From Candidatus Methylomirabilia bacterium (GTDB lineage: Bacteria > Methylomirabilota > Methylomirabilia > Rokubacteriales > CSP1-6), in NCBI GenBank assembly GCA_041492755.1, contig JBGPXN010000171.1:1-10010 (forward strand): 10,010 nt of DNA. Reading direction: 5' to 3'. The notes beneath the pieces are model-generated. The model saw nothing but the letters and a program-made list of their open reading frames with translations. It was not told where the DNA came from and ran no database searches. A program made the position numbers and the translations under genes. This document shows, piece after piece, positions 7,976 to 10,010 of the stretch. The first letter of the stretch is position 1, and every line of letters starts with the position of its first letter.

Positions 7976-7991
7976 TGGCCCCGCCGTTGCC
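7976..7991 (+). promoter_or_regulatory. Sigma-54 (-24/-12) promoter P3, divergent from P2, pointing at decayed genes
   Basis: TGGCCCCGCCGTTGCC: GG-N10-GC with TGGC and TTGC cores. Followed by SD GGAGG 8033-8037 and ATG 8047. Confidence 0.75.
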
Positions 7992-8046
7992 CGTCGTCAA
8001 AGGCCCCGCGAGGAGCAATCCCGGGGGGCGAGGGAGGACAACGTCG

Positions 8047-8109
8047 ATGCGCATCAGCGAATTGATGAGCGGGAACGCAACTACGGATTCTCGTCGTGGT
8101 TCTGGGTGA
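8047..8109 (+). pseudogene. 20-codon ORF, probable 5' stub of a CBS-domain protein gene
   Basis: Strong SD, then MRISELMSGNATT, resembling the M-[KR]-[VI]-x-[DE]-[IL]-M-[ST] start typical of CBS-pair proteins. Stops at 8107-8109 after running into TerC-derived sequence. Confidence 0.45.
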
Positions 8110-8531
8110 CCCTCGCCCTGCTCTTCAGCGGCGGGCTCTACGCGTATGCGCTCTGGCGGTTCCCCAACGATCCCGGGCTCGCCGGCATTTCCGGGTTCGA
8201 CGCGGAGGCCGCCGCCGCGCAGGTCGCGATCTTCGCGTTCGTCCTCGTCCTCGGATACTTCCGGGTGCCGGCCGACCCCGAGCGCAACCTCGTGATCCGC
8301 ATCGTCCGTCGCGTGCTGCCGGTGACGCCCCGATTCCACGGCCCGCGGTTCGTGGTGCGGCAGGACGGGCGCATCTGGGCCACGCCGCTGCTGGTGGCGC
8401 TGCTGTGCCTGGGAGCGAGCGACGTCTTCTTCGCCGTCGACTCCGTTCCCGCCATCTTCGCGCCGACGCGCGAGCCGTTCGTCGTCTTCACGTCGAACAT
8501 CTTCGCGATCCTCGGCTTGCGCTCGATCCTT
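8091..8531 (+). pseudogene. terC: TerC/Alx-family membrane protein remnant with internal deletions and both ends lost
   Basis: WVTLALLF, FVLVLGYFRVP, RRVLPVTPRFHGPRF, ATPLLVALL and DVFFAVDSVPAIFAPTREPFVVFTSNIFAILGLRS are TerC signature blocks. No credible start codon, and the sequence after GLRSIL is not TerC-like. Confidence 0.85.
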
Positions 8532-8617
8532 GCCGCCCGAGCCGGCCTCGCGGCCGATCGTGCAGTCGCAGGTGGACGATGCCACCCCGTCCGGCACGAA
8601 AGCACGGCGGCGTGCCG

Positions 8618-9442
8618 TCACCCCTCGCGGGGCCGGCGGCGGGCATCGAGGCGCCCGACCGCGACCAGAATGCCGAAGATGATGGCCTCCGGGCGTGGCG
8701 GGCAGCCGGGGATGTAGACGTCGACAGGGAGGACCCGGTCGACGCCGCCGGCGCTGGCGTATCCCTCCCCGACGATGCCCCCGGAGGCGGCGCAGGCTCC
8801 CACGGCGATCACGACGCGCGGGTCGGGGACGGCCTCGACCGTGCGGCGGACGGCGATTTCCAGATTTCGCGTGACCGGGCCGGTGACTACGACCCCGTCC
8901 GCGTGGCGTGGGGAGGCGACGAAGTCGATGCCGAGGCGCCGAACGTCGTACACCGGGTTCAGGAGGGCGGCAAGCTCCCAGTCGCAGGCGTTGCAGGAGC
9001 CCGCGTCGAGGTGGCGGAGGTGCAGCGACCGGCCGAGCACCCGGTGGATCTCGGACGAGGCGCGGGCGGCCTCGGTGTCCGGGTCGGGTGCTGGTCCCAC
9101 CGCGGGGACGGCAGGGTCGTCGGCCACGACCTCGATTTTCAGGTTCTCGCGGCAGCGTGCCGCGAGCTCGAAGTCCCGTCCCATGGCGACCGCGCCGGCC
9201 CACGGATCCTCGGCACAGCGGCCGCAGAAGACGCACCGCGCGAGGTCGAGGGCGACGTGGCGACGGCCGGCAACGAGATGCTCCGAGAGCGCACCCGTGG
9301 GGCAGACGGCGGGAGGGGGCAGGCCGCTGCCGGGGCGAAGCACGGGCGCCCCCCGAAAGCGGTCCGGCGGCACGCTCGGCTCCGCGGGGTAGCGGGTCGT
9401 GACCACCCCGGTGCGAAGCGCGTTTATGAGGATTCGCAGCAT
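8618..9442 (-). CDS. Group 4 hydrogenase / Ehr small subunit (NuoB/HycG-like) with N-terminal NuoI/HycF-like ferredoxin domain, 274 aa
   Basis: ATG 9442 lies 1 nt after the upstream stop. TTRYP...RFRGAP, CPTGAL and CVFCGRC are followed by HLDAGSCNACDWEL, ASPRHAD, GACAASGG and YIPGCPPRP. Confidence 0.92.
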   Translation of the reverse strand: MLRILINALRTGVVTTRYPAEPSVPPDRFRGAPVLRPGSGLPPPAVCPTGALSEHLVAGRRHVALDLARCVFCGRCAEDPWAGAVAMGRDFELAARCRENLKIEVVADDPAVPAVGPAPDPDTEAARASSEIHRVLGRSLHLRHLDAGSCNACDWELAALLNPVYDVRRLGIDFVASPRHADGVVVTGPVTRNLEIAVRRTVEAVPDPRVVIAVGACAASGGIVGEGYASAGGVDRVLPVDVYIPGCPPRPEAIIFGILVAVGRLDARRRPREG

Positions 9443-9443
9443 G

Positions 9444-10010
9444 TCAGCGATCCGTGCACGAGTAGCAGAGCTCGAAGCTCTTGTTGACGAGCGGGAAGTC
9501 CGGGACGATCGCCGTCTCGGCGGCCAGGGCCACGGCGGGCCAGTTGTGGTAGCTCGGCGACCGGAGGTGGTATCGCTCCACGCGCCCGCCGGCATCGGTG
9601 CGAAGCCAGTGGACCGCCTCGCCTCGCGGCGACTCGATGGCCGAGATCCCGATCCGTCCGCCCGGCAGCGGCTCTGCGAGCGCGACCCGCAACGGCCCTG
9701 GCTCGAGCCGCCGGACGAGCTCGCGAACGAGCCGGATCGACTCCCGGGCCTCCAGGGCGCGAACCGTCACGCGGGCCATCGTGTCGCCGCCCGAGACGGT
9801 CACGACGTGCAGGTCGGGCGGCTCGAGACCCGCGAACGCGGCGTGGGGATGGTCGCGCCGCGCGTCGCGGTCCACGCCGCTCGCCCGGGCCGCCACTCCG
9901 GCGACGGCGAGGTCCAGCGCGGCCTGGTGGAGCAGGATACCGGTGTCGTCGAGCCGATCGACGACCGACGGGTTGGCTTCGATGCGTCCCATCAGGCTGT
10001 CGAGCCCGGC
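9444..10010 (-). CDS. Group 4 hydrogenase-like / Ehr large subunit (NuoD/HycE-like), C-terminal part; 5' end outside the window
   Basis: Frame is open to the window edge. Contains GVAARASGVDRDARRDHP, GDTMAR, ESPRGE, RSPSYHNW and terminal PDFPLVNKSFELCYSCTDR*. Confidence 0.9.
   Translation of the reverse strand, partial: AGLDSLMGRIEANPSVVDRLDDTGILLHQAALDLAVAGVAARASGVDRDARRDHPHAAFAGLEPPDLHVVTVSGGDTMARVTVRALEARESIRLVRELVRRLEPGPLRVALAEPLPGGRIGISAIESPRGEAVHWLRTDAGGRVERYHLRSPSYHNWPAVALAAETAIVPDFPLVNKSFELCYSCTDR

Noticed and set aside
7884..8717. 277-aa ORF as an intact TerC gene
   Set aside because: Its start lies in the UAS and runs through promoter P3, conserved blocks are missing, and its tail is antisense to the hydrogenase small-subunit gene.
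7803..9487. ORFs 7803-9236 (-) and 8096-9487 (+)
   Set aside because: Arg/Pro/Gly-rich off-frame or antisense readings of the small-subunit gene and the terC remnant.
424..9595. Extended N-termini in the ORF track (424 for ACP, 1097 for cytochrome, 7833 for USP, 9595 for small subunit)
   Set aside because: Downstream starts at 562, 1199, 7731 and 9442 have SD or coupling support and match domain boundaries. The extensions overlap other genes or promoters.

Overview
GC-rich bacterial window resembling an accessory low-oxygen/stress metabolic island. Plus strand: 3' part of a 2-oxoacid dehydrogenase E2 gene coupled to an acyl carrier protein, a monoheme cytochrome c (Haem_bd type) and PEP synthase (ppsA). 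Minus strand: universal stress protein, stand-alone receiver and Mg2+ P-type ATPase (mgtA), plus the 3' end of a group 4 hydrogenase-like/Ehr operon (large subunit, ferredoxin-fused small subunit). The strongest unannotated signal is regulatory. Three sigma-54 type promoters (GCGTGGC-N7-TTGC) each lie 53-55 bp from a tandem pair of 18-bp palindromic sites (consensus TG[A/G]GG-N8-CC[C/T]CA, 20-bp period), and one pair sits centred between two divergent promoters. This suggests one enhancer-binding-protein regulon. The island also carries several gene remnants apparently collapsed by deletion (OsmC-like/MFS, DUF6448-like, CBS-like, TerC). Family assignments are from motif recognition only; no searches were run.
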